From positions 1,980,001 to 2,012,000 of the forward strand of contig NZ_CP034549.1 in the NCBI RefSeq assembly GCF_003966335.1: 32,000 nucleotides of DNA, written 5' to 3'. A program made the translations under genes and the position numbers. This document shows positions 8,242 through 16,804 of this stretch, in pieces. The notes under the pieces were generated by a model that did no database searches, had not been told where the DNA came from, and saw only the letters and a program-made list of their open reading frames with translations. This DNA is from Nonlabens ponticola. GTDB lineage: Bacteria; Bacteroidota; Bacteroidia; Flavobacteriales; Flavobacteriaceae. Each line of letters starts with the position of its first letter. Positions within the stretch are counted from its first letter, which is position 1.

Positions 8242-10803
8242 TTAGGCAGAGTTGCGGCTAGCGTTAATATTGCCATAAAGAGATCTGGTCACCATCTTTT
8301 CATAAATCTCTCGTTGATCATTATTAGTATCACCCATTTCTTGAATTCGCTTTAGAGCAAATTGCTGTATAGTAAGCAACGGTAACACGATGTTTTCACG
8401 TGCCATGATACTCGCCTTTCCTGCTGGTTCATTTTCCATCAATTCGTTCATACCAGATAGTTCCAACATAAGTTTTTTGGTACGTTGATACTCTTCAAAA
8501 ATCATGGTCCAGAATGCACCATACTCTTTGTCGTCTTTCATATAACTAGTTAAACCAAAGAATGACTTAGTCAAACTCATCATACTGTTATTCAATAGCG
8601 TACGGAAAAACTTTGAGTTAGTATAGAGATCCTCTATAGCAGCCCATTTACCATTATTTTTCATTTTTTCAAGTGCTGTTCCTACGCCATAAAATCCTGG
8701 TACATTTTGCTTGAGCTGACTCCAGGATCCTACAAAGGGTATGGCTCGCAGGTCCTTAAATCGTAGCTCGCTATTACCACCACGTTTACTAGGACGACTG
8801 CCTATGTTTGTTTTTGCATAATATTTGAGCGTGCTCATATGCTCTAGATACGGCAAGAATTTATCATGCTGTTTAAAAGCCGTGTAGGCGTCATAACTAT
8901 GTTGTGATAATTCATCCATAGTTGCGCTATCTGCATCAGTAAAGTCATTGGCCTTGCTATCATAAATAGCGTTTGAAACACCACTACTCAATAGTTGCTC
9001 TAGATTGTATTGGCAACTTTCTAGTGTACCAAATTTTGAGCTTATCGTTTGTCCTTGAACAGTCAACTGTATTTGCTTTGACTCAATCTTGCTACCCATG
9101 GATGCATAAAATTCATGCGTTTGTCCACCACCACGAGCTGGTGGCCCACCACGACCGTCAAAGAAGATTACCTCAATGCCATGCTCTCGTGATACGGCTG
9201 TCAATGCTTCTTTTGCCTTGTAAATACTCCAATTAGCCATTAAGTATCCACCATCCTTGGTGCCATCACTAAAACCTAGCATAATATGCTGTTGCTCGCC
9301 ACGACGCTTTACGTGGTTGCGATAATTCTCATTAGAATACAACTGCCTCATCACATCTGGCGCAGCCTTTAGATCTGGCACCGTTTCAAAAAGTGGTACG
9401 ACATCGACGCTAGGTTTGTGCAAACCGCATAGTTGTAGCATCGCATAGGCTTGCACGATGTGTTCTACGTTTTGGGTATTTGAAATGATATAACGATGAC
9501 ATGCACGCTCACCATTGAGTTCTTGAATCTGCTTGATAGCTTTGATGCTACCAATAGTTTTTCTTGTATTCTCACTCTCAAAATCCTCTTCCTGCAGCTT
9601 ACCTGTCAAGGTAGTCAGATGGTTTAATCTTTGCTCTATGGGTAATTCCAGATAGTTGGATGGTAGTTTCGCTTTCGCGAAAGCAAACATATCATCAAAA
9701 ACTAATTCATGGATACTGCTGTCCTGCCTGATATCCAGCGCAGAGAAATGCAGTCCGAACAGCTCGATCTTATTGATGAGTGACTGCAACTTATCTGCAA
9801 ATAAGCCATTGTGTTTCTCATCTACCGTTTCCTTGATATCGCGTAATTTTTCCTGTAATTCCTGAGCAGTGAAGTTTAAAGTGCCTCTTTTCTCAATCGC
9901 TTGATATAACTGATGTTCCAGCTTCTTAAGAGGTTGTTCAACACCTGAAAATGTCAATCTGCGAGAGAGTTTGCGCAGATCACGGTAGTAATTTTTAATA
10001 ATGGTACTGCGCAACTTATGAGCCACGTCTAGTGTTATTTGCGTGGTCACAAATGGGTTGCCATCACGATCACCACCTGGCCAGAAGCCTACCTCAATCA
10101 GCTGATTTTTAAAATCAATGTTATTGGGAAGATTAGATTTTACGTAATCGTATATATTACCAATGGCGTGATAAAAGATATTCTCCAGATACCAGACGAG
10201 ACTCGTTGCCTCGTCAAACGGTGTGGGCTTTTCTTTTTTAAAAAATGGTGTCTTACCTAATTGCGCTAGTAATAACTTGACCTCTTTGATGTCATTTTTA
10301 CTCACGGCAGCGCTCAAATCATTTATAATTCCCAGTACTGATCCCGGATAGAATTGTGTAGGGTGTGCCGTCAGTACGGGCTTGATCTTAAGTTCCTTGA
10401 GATAATTGACTAATTCTTGTTCTTTTTGCAGCGCCTGTGCTTCTTCTTTAATGCTGCGCAGCGTACCGCGACCATCCAGATTTTGAACGGTTGCAAATGC
10501 AGCATCTTCTATCGCATCAAAAAGTACTACCTGACGTTCAATATATTGTATGAACCTGAATAGTTGCTGCTCGCGTTCTTGCTGCGTTGCCTCTCGCATG
10601 TAGCTGTCAAAGAAGAATTCTACAATTTCTGCAGGATTTTTTCCTCGATCAAAACCATCACGACATATCTGGCTAAAGAGCGGCAACAAGCCACCGGTAT
10701 TAGAAATTTTATCAAAAGGCAGCGTCATGAAAATACCATTGAATATCTGGTATTTTGAGGCTACTTCGTTCTCGAATCGTTGTAGTTTAGGTAATCTTGC
10801 CAT
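8242..10803 (-). CDS. ppc: Phosphoenolpyruvate carboxylase
   Basis: 853 aa with VLTAHPTQF, GFSDGTKDGGY and FFDGRGGPPARGGG signatures, and a C-terminal ...NINASRNSA-type tail. Confidence 0.95.
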   Translation of the reverse strand: MARLPKLQRFENEVASKYQIFNGIFMTLPFDKISNTGGLLPLFSQICRDGFDRGKNPAEIVEFFFDSYMREATQQEREQQLFRFIQYIERQVVLFDAIEDAAFATVQNLDGRGTLRSIKEEAQALQKEQELVNYLKELKIKPVLTAHPTQFYPGSVLGIINDLSAAVSKNDIKEVKLLLAQLGKTPFFKKEKPTPFDEATSLVWYLENIFYHAIGNIYDYVKSNLPNNIDFKNQLIEVGFWPGGDRDGNPFVTTQITLDVAHKLRSTIIKNYYRDLRKLSRRLTFSGVEQPLKKLEHQLYQAIEKRGTLNFTAQELQEKLRDIKETVDEKHNGLFADKLQSLINKIELFGLHFSALDIRQDSSIHELVFDDMFAFAKAKLPSNYLELPIEQRLNHLTTLTGKLQEEDFESENTRKTIGSIKAIKQIQELNGERACHRYIISNTQNVEHIVQAYAMLQLCGLHKPSVDVVPLFETVPDLKAAPDVMRQLYSNENYRNHVKRRGEQQHIMLGFSDGTKDGGYLMANWSIYKAKEALTAVSREHGIEVIFFDGRGGPPARGGGQTHEFYASMGSKIESKQIQLTVQGQTISSKFGTLESCQYNLEQLLSSGVSNAIYDSKANDFTDADSATMDELSQHSYDAYTAFKQHDKFLPYLEHMSTLKYYAKTNIGSRPSKRGGNSELRFKDLRAIPFVGSWSQLKQNVPGFYGVGTALEKMKNNGKWAAIEDLYTNSKFFRTLLNNSMMSLTKSFFGLTSYMKDDKEYGAFWTMIFEEYQRTKKLMLELSGMNELMENEPAGKASIMARENIVLPLLTIQQFALKRIQEMGDTNNDQREIYEKMVTRSLYGNINASRNSA
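9671..9684. repeat. Iterated palindrome copy 3, GCTTTCGCGAAAGC (14-nt core), inside ppc
   Basis: Read directly. It encodes F-AFAKA-K. Confidence 0.95.
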
Positions 10804-10855
10804 AGTCCTACTAAGGTAGGATTCCTGTCATAGACCACAATGATTTTAACGTGAT

Positions 10856-11107
10856 TTAGGCGGTAATTTTCTCTTGTACGATGCGCACGGCATCTTCTAC
10901 AGTTTGCATGTTCTCCATGTCTTTCTCATCAAGGATGATGTCAAACTCGTCCTCTACATCAAGAGCAATGTCCACAAGATGCGCGCTATTTATATTCAAA
11001 TCATTCATCAAGTGGCTATTGGATTTGATCGCCGTGGCATCGACGTCCTGTGGTAGATAGGTCTTGACAATGGTAAATAGCTTGTCTTGTATTTCTGCTT
11101 GAGTCAT
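10856..11107 (-). CDS. Acyl carrier protein (dedicated, non-canonical NSA in place of DSL). Start trimmed to MTQAEIQDKL.
   Basis: About 83 aa and acidic. DLNINSAHLVDIALDVEDEF aligns with the ACP helix II phosphopantetheine-Ser region. It lies 42 nt downstream of a KAS gene. Confidence 0.75.
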   Translation of the reverse strand: MTQAEIQDKLFTIVKTYLPQDVDATAIKSNSHLMNDLNINSAHLVDIALDVEDEFDIILDEKDMENMQTVEDAVRIVQEKITA

Positions 11108-11149
11108 GATTCTTATTCTTGCCAGCAAGATAGCATTCTATTTGTAAGA

Positions 11150-12430
11150 TTAGCCATCAATTTTTTGAAGAACTACACAGGCATTCACATCACCAAAACC
11201 GAAACTTGCCTTGATAACAGTCTTTAAATCGGCCTCGATAGTTTCTTTAGGAATTTTATCCTCATTAATAATTGCAGCTATCTCAGGATGCAATTGATCA
11301 ATATTACTATTACCATAAACCAGCTGATTTTTAAGCTGTAGGATCGTGCCAACTAATTCAATACTTCCTGCCGCAGCCAGGCAGTGGCCTATGTTTGACT
11401 TAAAACTATTAATGTAAGGAAAATTGGTTGCCGTTGTACCTAGAGCCTTCTTCCAATTCTCCACTTCAAAGGCATCTTTTCCCGTGGCTGTAACGTGACC
11501 GTTGATCGCGTCAATCTCATTAGCTTGAACGCAAGAATTTTCAAGTGCTGACTTAATTACGTTAACAACGGCATCTCCATTAGGCGCCGTCATACTACCA
11601 TCACCACGCTGGCCGCCAGAATTAATGTCGCCACCCAGAATTTCTGCATAAATAGTAGCTCCTCTTGATACTGCAGATTCTAAACTCTCAATAATCAAAG
11701 CGCCAGCACCACTACCAGGCACGAACCCTGAAGCATCTGCGGCAAATGGCCTGCTAGCGCTAGCCGGATTATCATTATACTTTGTAGGTAATATGCGCAT
11801 CGCGTCAAAACCACCCCAAATGTACGGCCCAGAATCGCTGGTGCTTCCTACCAGCATTTGGGTGGCTAGTCCGTATTTGATACGCTCATAGCCCATCAAT
11901 AAAGCTTCAGTTCCTGTGGCGCATGCACTAGAATTGCTGGTCACCATATTACCAGCACCCAATTCACCTGCAAGCCATGCGCTTATACCGCTGGTCATGG
12001 TTTGTATGACGCTCGTGCTACCTAATCTGCGCACTTTTCCTTCATCAATCAGGTTGATGGCTTCTCTAAACTTCTCGCCACCCGATTGACCTGTGCCAAA
12101 TATGACGCCTAACTGGTCATGTGCATGATCTGCTGGTGCGACTTCTAGCCCAGCATCTTTGTATGCCTCTTTACCAGCTATAATACCGTAAAGCATGCCG
12201 CTTGCCCTGAATCCTCGTTGTTGTAAAGGTGTTAGGTATTCATCAATCATTTCTTGAGATACCTGCGGCGTTCCAGCCACTTGACAGCCAAAATTCAAAT
12301 CTGCCAACTGCTGCTCAAATCTGATGCCACTGATCCCTTTTCTCAAGGCTGCCTCAAACTCTGGTACAGTAATAGCGTTAGGCGCTACAACGCCAAGACC
12401 GGTTACCACTACTCTATTATTTACTGACAT
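11150..12430 (-). CDS. Beta-ketoacyl-ACP synthase (KAS I/II, FabF/FabB-like elongating condensing enzyme)
   Basis: Active-site Cys in SNSSACATG, plus His motifs HVTATGKD and NIGHCLAAAG (C-H-H triad). C-terminal SFGFGDVNACVVL. Confidence 0.9.
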   Translation of the reverse strand: MSVNNRVVVTGLGVVAPNAITVPEFEAALRKGISGIRFEQQLADLNFGCQVAGTPQVSQEMIDEYLTPLQQRGFRASGMLYGIIAGKEAYKDAGLEVAPADHAHDQLGVIFGTGQSGGEKFREAINLIDEGKVRRLGSTSVIQTMTSGISAWLAGELGAGNMVTSNSSACATGTEALLMGYERIKYGLATQMLVGSTSDSGPYIWGGFDAMRILPTKYNDNPASASRPFAADASGFVPGSGAGALIIESLESAVSRGATIYAEILGGDINSGGQRGDGSMTAPNGDAVVNVIKSALENSCVQANEIDAINGHVTATGKDAFEVENWKKALGTTATNFPYINSFKSNIGHCLAAAGSIELVGTILQLKNQLVYGNSNIDQLHPEIAAIINEDKIPKETIEADLKTVIKASFGFGDVNACVVLQKIDG

Positions 12431-12557
12431 ATCCTGCTAATCTATAAACAATACAGCTTTAATCACTATATGAAAGGAAGTATGTACATGAAAATGTGAA
12501 GCGATTGAGATATTCTTGCAACATCTTGTGATTATCATTGCCCTTCAAAGTGCTATC

Positions 12558-13826
12558 ATGATTTTAAGATTCATATTCATATTTGTTTTCTCGGGTTATT
12601 CTGTATCTATAACCGCTCAGTCTTTCCAGATCAACGAGCTTGAATTTAGTGGTCTTGACAAAACAAAAGAGTCATTTTTAAGGCGTATTCTCAAGACAAA
12701 GCCAAAATCTAAAATCGACTCTACCAGAATTGCTATTGATCTAGAACGACTGAACAGATTACCAGGAATCGCAAAGGCGACGGTTACAAAGCAATTACAA
12801 TCTAACGGTGTGTATGATTTACTGTTTCAAATAGAAGAAAACTTCACTATAATTCCCGGCATACGAGTCAATACAGCGCCCAACGGTGATTTTGCATTTA
12901 GATTATCGCTGTTTGAATTCAATGCTCTTGGTGCTAATCATTTGATTGGTGGTTACTATCAAAACGAGGTTTTCTCATCCTATGGAGGTTTTATCGAGTC
13001 AAGGTATCTATTTACTAATAAATTAGGTTTAGGCATCAACTATCAGGATAACAACACCTTTGAAAATATCTTCTTTGATAATGAGACCGAGACTAATTAT
13101 AGATACCAAAGACAATCATTTGAAAGCTATCTCATGTATGAATATGACTTTCATAACAGAGCGGAATTAGGATTCGAATTTGCTGCCGATGAATACACCT
13201 ATGAGGATGGATTTATTAATGATCAACTACCAGAAAACCTTGAGGCAAACAAACTCAATTTACGTGGTCAATATGAATACATCAATCTCTTAAGAGACTA
13301 TCAATATTTCACAGGCTGGCGCAATCAAACAGACGTACGGTATGAGACTGGTGGTGATGGATTTCTAGATGATAATGTGATTATCACAAATGACCTTGAG
13401 AACTTCACACGCGTAGGTAAAAGAGGTAATTGGGCCACACGTTTGAGATTGGGTTACATGACCAATAATCAAACGCCATTTTCTCCTCTCATCATTGATA
13501 ATCAGCGCAATGTAAGAGGTGCAGGAAATGTTGTGGATCGCGGTAGCGCTAGTATCACTTTAAACACAGAATATCGACATACATTACTAGAAAAAGGCTG
13601 GTTTGTCCTGCAAAGCAATACTTTTCTGGATCTCAATACACAACGGCAAATCAATGAGGATTTTGGTAGTGCGTTTGATTCTACCAGTTTTAGAGCTTCT
13701 CCAGGATTGGGCGTGCGTTTCATTCATAAACGCATATTTAATGCAGTCATTAGATTGGATTACGGCTTTGGGATTGGTGAGAATGCGGCGAGTGGTCTCG
13801 TGTTTGGGATAGGTCAGTATTTTTAA
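12558..13826 (+). CDS. Omp85/BamA-family-like outer-membrane beta-barrel protein with a single POTRA-like domain. Start trimmed from the TTG at 12516 to the ATG at 12558.
   Basis: Signal peptide MILRFIFIFVFSGYSVSITAQ. POTRA-like INELEFSGLDKTKESFLRRIL...ERLNRLPGI. Alternating beta-strand pattern with aromatic C-terminus GIGQYF. Confidence 0.65.
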   Translation: MILRFIFIFVFSGYSVSITAQSFQINELEFSGLDKTKESFLRRILKTKPKSKIDSTRIAIDLERLNRLPGIAKATVTKQLQSNGVYDLLFQIEENFTIIPGIRVNTAPNGDFAFRLSLFEFNALGANHLIGGYYQNEVFSSYGGFIESRYLFTNKLGLGINYQDNNTFENIFFDNETETNYRYQRQSFESYLMYEYDFHNRAELGFEFAADEYTYEDGFINDQLPENLEANKLNLRGQYEYINLLRDYQYFTGWRNQTDVRYETGGDGFLDDNVIITNDLENFTRVGKRGNWATRLRLGYMTNNQTPFSPLIIDNQRNVRGAGNVVDRGSASITLNTEYRHTLLEKGWFVLQSNTFLDLNTQRQINEDFGSAFDSTSFRASPGLGVRFIHKRIFNAVIRLDYGFGIGENAASGLVFGIGQYF

Positions 13827-14267
13827 TCAGCCTTTCAGGATCATGCCGCTTAGGAATCCTTCGGCTATTTTTTGTTCATTCTCATCGAGCATTTGCACAG
13901 CAACCTTGAGTTTATTGAATTTAAAATATTCTTTCCTAGCACTAACAATCACGGTCGTATTAGGTAGTACCAGATTAATAAAATTAACGTGAGCCTCTGT
14001 AAAGACAAATTGTGGCTTTATCGCTCTTTCCTTGACAAGATGGCTGCCCAGACAGGCCAGTCCAATTTGCGCCATACATTCTTGCAGGATGACTCCAGGC
14101 GTTACAGGTTTGGTATTAAAATGGTGTTTGTAGAAGTATTCGCTTTCGCGAAAGCGGTACACGCCAATTACATGGTCGTTAGATAGCTCCAATATCTTAT
14201 CGACAAACTTAAAACCATCACCGTAAGGCAAGTTGGCTACAATTTTATCGTGGTCATCAAGAATCAT
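13827..14267 (-). CDS. FabA/FabZ-like 3-hydroxyacyl-ACP dehydratase (hotdog fold)
   Basis: YFYKHHFNTKPVTPGVILQECMAQ matches the FabZ catalytic motif (HF..P.PGV...E..AQ). 146 aa. Confidence 0.85.
   Translation of the reverse strand: MILDDHDKIVANLPYGDGFKFVDKILELSNDHVIGVYRFRESEYFYKHHFNTKPVTPGVILQECMAQIGLACLGSHLVKERAIKPQFVFTEAHVNFINLVLPNTTVIVSARKEYFKFNKLKVAVQMLDENEQKIAEGFLSGMILKG
14141..14156. repeat. Iterated palindrome copy 4, CGCTTTCGCGAAAGCG, inside the dehydratase gene
   Basis: Read directly. It encodes Y-RFRES-E, about 6 codons before the catalytic HHF motif. Confidence 0.95.
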
Positions 14268-14275
14268 AGGTGTAG

Positions 14276-15055
14276 TTAAATTAAGGATTCACCACCATCA
14301 ACCTTGATGATCGTACCGTTGATAAAGTCACTTTCTGGACGACATAATACATACACAACGTTTGCCACATCTTCTGGTTGTGTGAGTCGATTCATGGGAT
14401 TGCGCTCTAAGCTATGCGCCTTGAGCTGCTCATAATTAGGAATGCGTTGAAGACTTTCGGTATCAGTAACGCCGGCCTGTATGCAATTTGTGGTGATGCC
14501 GTGTCGTGCAAATTCTAGTGCCATGTTGCGTGTTATGGCTTCTAATGTTGCTTTGGCAGCGCTGACCGCAGCGTAGCCCGGCATTGGTCTTTGATTTCCC
14601 TCGCTAGTGAAACTTATGATACGTGCTGGATTGGCTATAAGTTCTTTGCTTATCAATGCTTGCGACCATTCATAAAGACTGATGCCCATTGAATGTACGG
14701 TTTGCTCAAAATCGCCAACATTTAGCGGATTGTCGCCGGTCATGGGTTTTAAATTTCCTTTGGAAATACTATGTAATAGCAAATAGATTTTTCTTTTATC
14801 CAGAAACGCGGTGACTTGCTCTATGATGGATGGTAGCTTGATAGATGATGTCGCATCTGCATTGATGTATAAATGTTGTGCGGCATGTTCGAGAGTATCA
14901 AATCGTGCTTGAATAGTGTTTACTTGAATTCTAGATGCGCGGTAAACAATAATCAATCTCATACCATGCGCTGCCAGCTTTTGAGCACTCGCAAAACCTA
15001 AACCGCTGCTGCCTCCTAAAATCAGGCCTACCTTGCCATCCAGATCCTTTACCAT
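14276..15055 (-). CDS. SDR with an enoyl-ACP reductase (FabL/FabI-like) Y-x6-K signature
   Basis: GGSSGLGFASA nucleotide-binding motif. PGYAAVSAAKATLEAITRNMALEF...NCIQAGVTDT and C-terminal NGTIIKVDGGESLI resemble B. subtilis FabL and E. coli FabI rather than the FabG YxxxK motif. Confidence 0.6.
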   Translation of the reverse strand: MVKDLDGKVGLILGGSSGLGFASAQKLAAHGMRLIIVYRASRIQVNTIQARFDTLEHAAQHLYINADATSSIKLPSIIEQVTAFLDKRKIYLLLHSISKGNLKPMTGDNPLNVGDFEQTVHSMGISLYEWSQALISKELIANPARIISFTSEGNQRPMPGYAAVSAAKATLEAITRNMALEFARHGITTNCIQAGVTDTESLQRIPNYEQLKAHSLERNPMNRLTQPEDVANVVYVLCRPESDFINGTIIKVDGGESLI

Positions 15056-16104
15056 TGCAATAAAATACGTTGCGCAGTAAATCCAGGCCCAAAGCTGAGC
15101 ATCAATCCATGATCGCCAGATTTCACGTCTTTTCTTCTCATAAAACGATCCAATACAAAAAGTACGGTGGCGCTGCTCATATTACCGTAAAGTCTCAAAA
15201 CTTCTTTAGTATCATCGATATTTTTCCCTAAATCGCTGAACAATACCTCAACCGTCTGTACGATTTTCTTACCGCCTGGATGAAAAATCAGATGATCAAC
15301 GTTTGCAATTTCCAGATCATTCTTTTCCAAGAATGGATGTATAATCGCTGGAAAATGGCTTGCGATGGTCTCTGGAACCGACTTGTCCAATACCATCTTA
15401 AGACCGCTATTAACAAGATCAAAACCCATCATGTGGGTCGCGTCTGGAAAGTGGTACATCTCATGCGCTTTTACTGTTGGACCGCTGGTATGATCATCAG
15501 ATGAGAGCAACACACAAGCACAACCATCACCAAAGATCGCTGCACTGACCATATTTGCCATGGAATAATCATTTAACTGAAACGTAGCCGTAGGCGCTTC
15601 AATAGCTATTACTGCTGCTTTTTTACCTGGATTTGCTGTGAGGAAATTAGTTGCATAAATAAGACCTGATATTCCAGCAACGCAGCCCATTTCAGTTACC
15701 GGTAATCGTACAATGTCCTGACGCATGTGCAGATCATTGATTAAGTACGCATCGATGGACGGAATCATAATTCCTGTGCAGCTCACGGTAATGATGTAAT
15801 CAAGATCCTGCGCTTTCCAGCTAGCTTGATGGAGTGCTTTTTCAACAGCCTGGCGCGCAAGAGGAACTACTTCTCTCTTGTAGATGTCGTTGCGGTCTTG
15901 AAACGACGTTCTCGTGAATACTTCAATAGGATCCATGATAGAATATCGCTTGTCTACTGCGGCGCCCTCAAAAATCTTGATGGTCTTGCGTCGCAGGCGT
16001 TCATCTTGATCTGCGAGCCATGTTTCCACAAACGGTAAAATTTCGGCTGTTTCCTTATAGTATGCTGGTGTGACCGTAGCCACCGTTGCTATTTTAACGC
16101 TCAT
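15049..16104 (-). CDS. Type III polyketide synthase (chalcone/stilbene synthase family)
   Basis: Cys-His-Asn triad contexts VSCTGIMIPS, FHPGGKKI and YGNMSSATV, plus C-terminal SFGPGFT. 351 aa. Confidence 0.92.
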   Translation of the reverse strand: MSVKIATVATVTPAYYKETAEILPFVETWLADQDERLRRKTIKIFEGAAVDKRYSIMDPIEVFTRTSFQDRNDIYKREVVPLARQAVEKALHQASWKAQDLDYIITVSCTGIMIPSIDAYLINDLHMRQDIVRLPVTEMGCVAGISGLIYATNFLTANPGKKAAVIAIEAPTATFQLNDYSMANMVSAAIFGDGCACVLLSSDDHTSGPTVKAHEMYHFPDATHMMGFDLVNSGLKMVLDKSVPETIASHFPAIIHPFLEKNDLEIANVDHLIFHPGGKKIVQTVEVLFSDLGKNIDDTKEVLRLYGNMSSATVLFVLDRFMRRKDVKSGDHGLMLSFGPGFTAQRILLQW

Positions 16105-16804
16105 TAATCGGGATCTCCCATATATAACGGAACGACCACTTCCATGTCAATCGGTCATTGGTAATACTGCATTTATCGGCATATCTCTTAAAGTCTGAAC
16201 GCTTAAATCCTGATGCAATAGAGATAAGTCCATCATGCCTAGAAATACGATGCTTGATAAAAATAGGACTAAAAAACTTAAAGAAATAGAATGCAAGAAT
16301 ATTCCTATGCAAGTCATTGATGATGATTCTAGTACTTGTAATCTCTTGAAATTTGTTGAGAAATTTCGGTATTTGTTCTTCATTAAAATGGTGCAATGTC
16401 AACGTACATAGCATGATATCGCAATTCAATTGTTCTGGTGGTGTTTTGAGAATATCGCTTTCGCGAAAGCTAATACGTGAATAATTCTTACACTTCTCAC
16501 GAGCATTTGAAATAGATTTAGTGCTCAAATCAACTCCTATGTAATCAATATTATCATGTGCCAAATGATCACTTAAATATCGCAACATAGCACCGTCGCT
16601 GCAACCCAGGTCGATAATCGTGTAAGAGTCTTTTGGATTATTTTGAAGAGCTTTCTTGACAGCATTAAGTGTAAACTTATAACCACCTAGATACGTATTT
16701 ACTTTGTTAACGTCATTTACAGCATGACGCAGCTGCTCTTGGCTAATGCTGGGATCGTCCATCATTTCAGGCAATGTACTGCGCTTACTCGAACTATATA
16801 TCAT
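16094..16804 (-). CDS. Class I SAM-dependent methyltransferase
   Basis: Motif I IIDLGCSDGAM, with motif post-I/II spacing (YIGVDLS). Overlaps the T3PKS start by 11 nt. Confidence 0.85.
   Translation of the reverse strand: MIYSSSKRSTLPEMMDDPSISQEQLRHAVNDVNKVNTYLGGYKFTLNAVKKALQNNPKDSYTIIDLGCSDGAMLRYLSDHLAHDNIDYIGVDLSTKSISNAREKCKNYSRISFRESDILKTPPEQLNCDIMLCTLTLHHFNEEQIPKFLNKFQEITSTRIIINDLHRNILAFYFFKFFSPIFIKHRISRHDGLISIASGFKRSDFKRYADKCSITNDRLTWKWSFRYIWEIPINER
16457..16470. repeat. Iterated palindrome copy 5, GCTTTCGCGAAAGC, inside the methyltransferase gene
   Basis: Read directly. It encodes I-SFRES-D. Confidence 0.95.

Noticed and set aside
8242-10803. ppc as part of the KAS/ACP/T3PKS cluster (same strand, 52 nt downstream of the ACP gene)
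   Set aside because: PEP carboxylase is a housekeeping anaplerotic enzyme with no obvious role in polyketide or fatty-acyl assembly. Adjacency alone is insufficient, so I treat it as a flanking gene.
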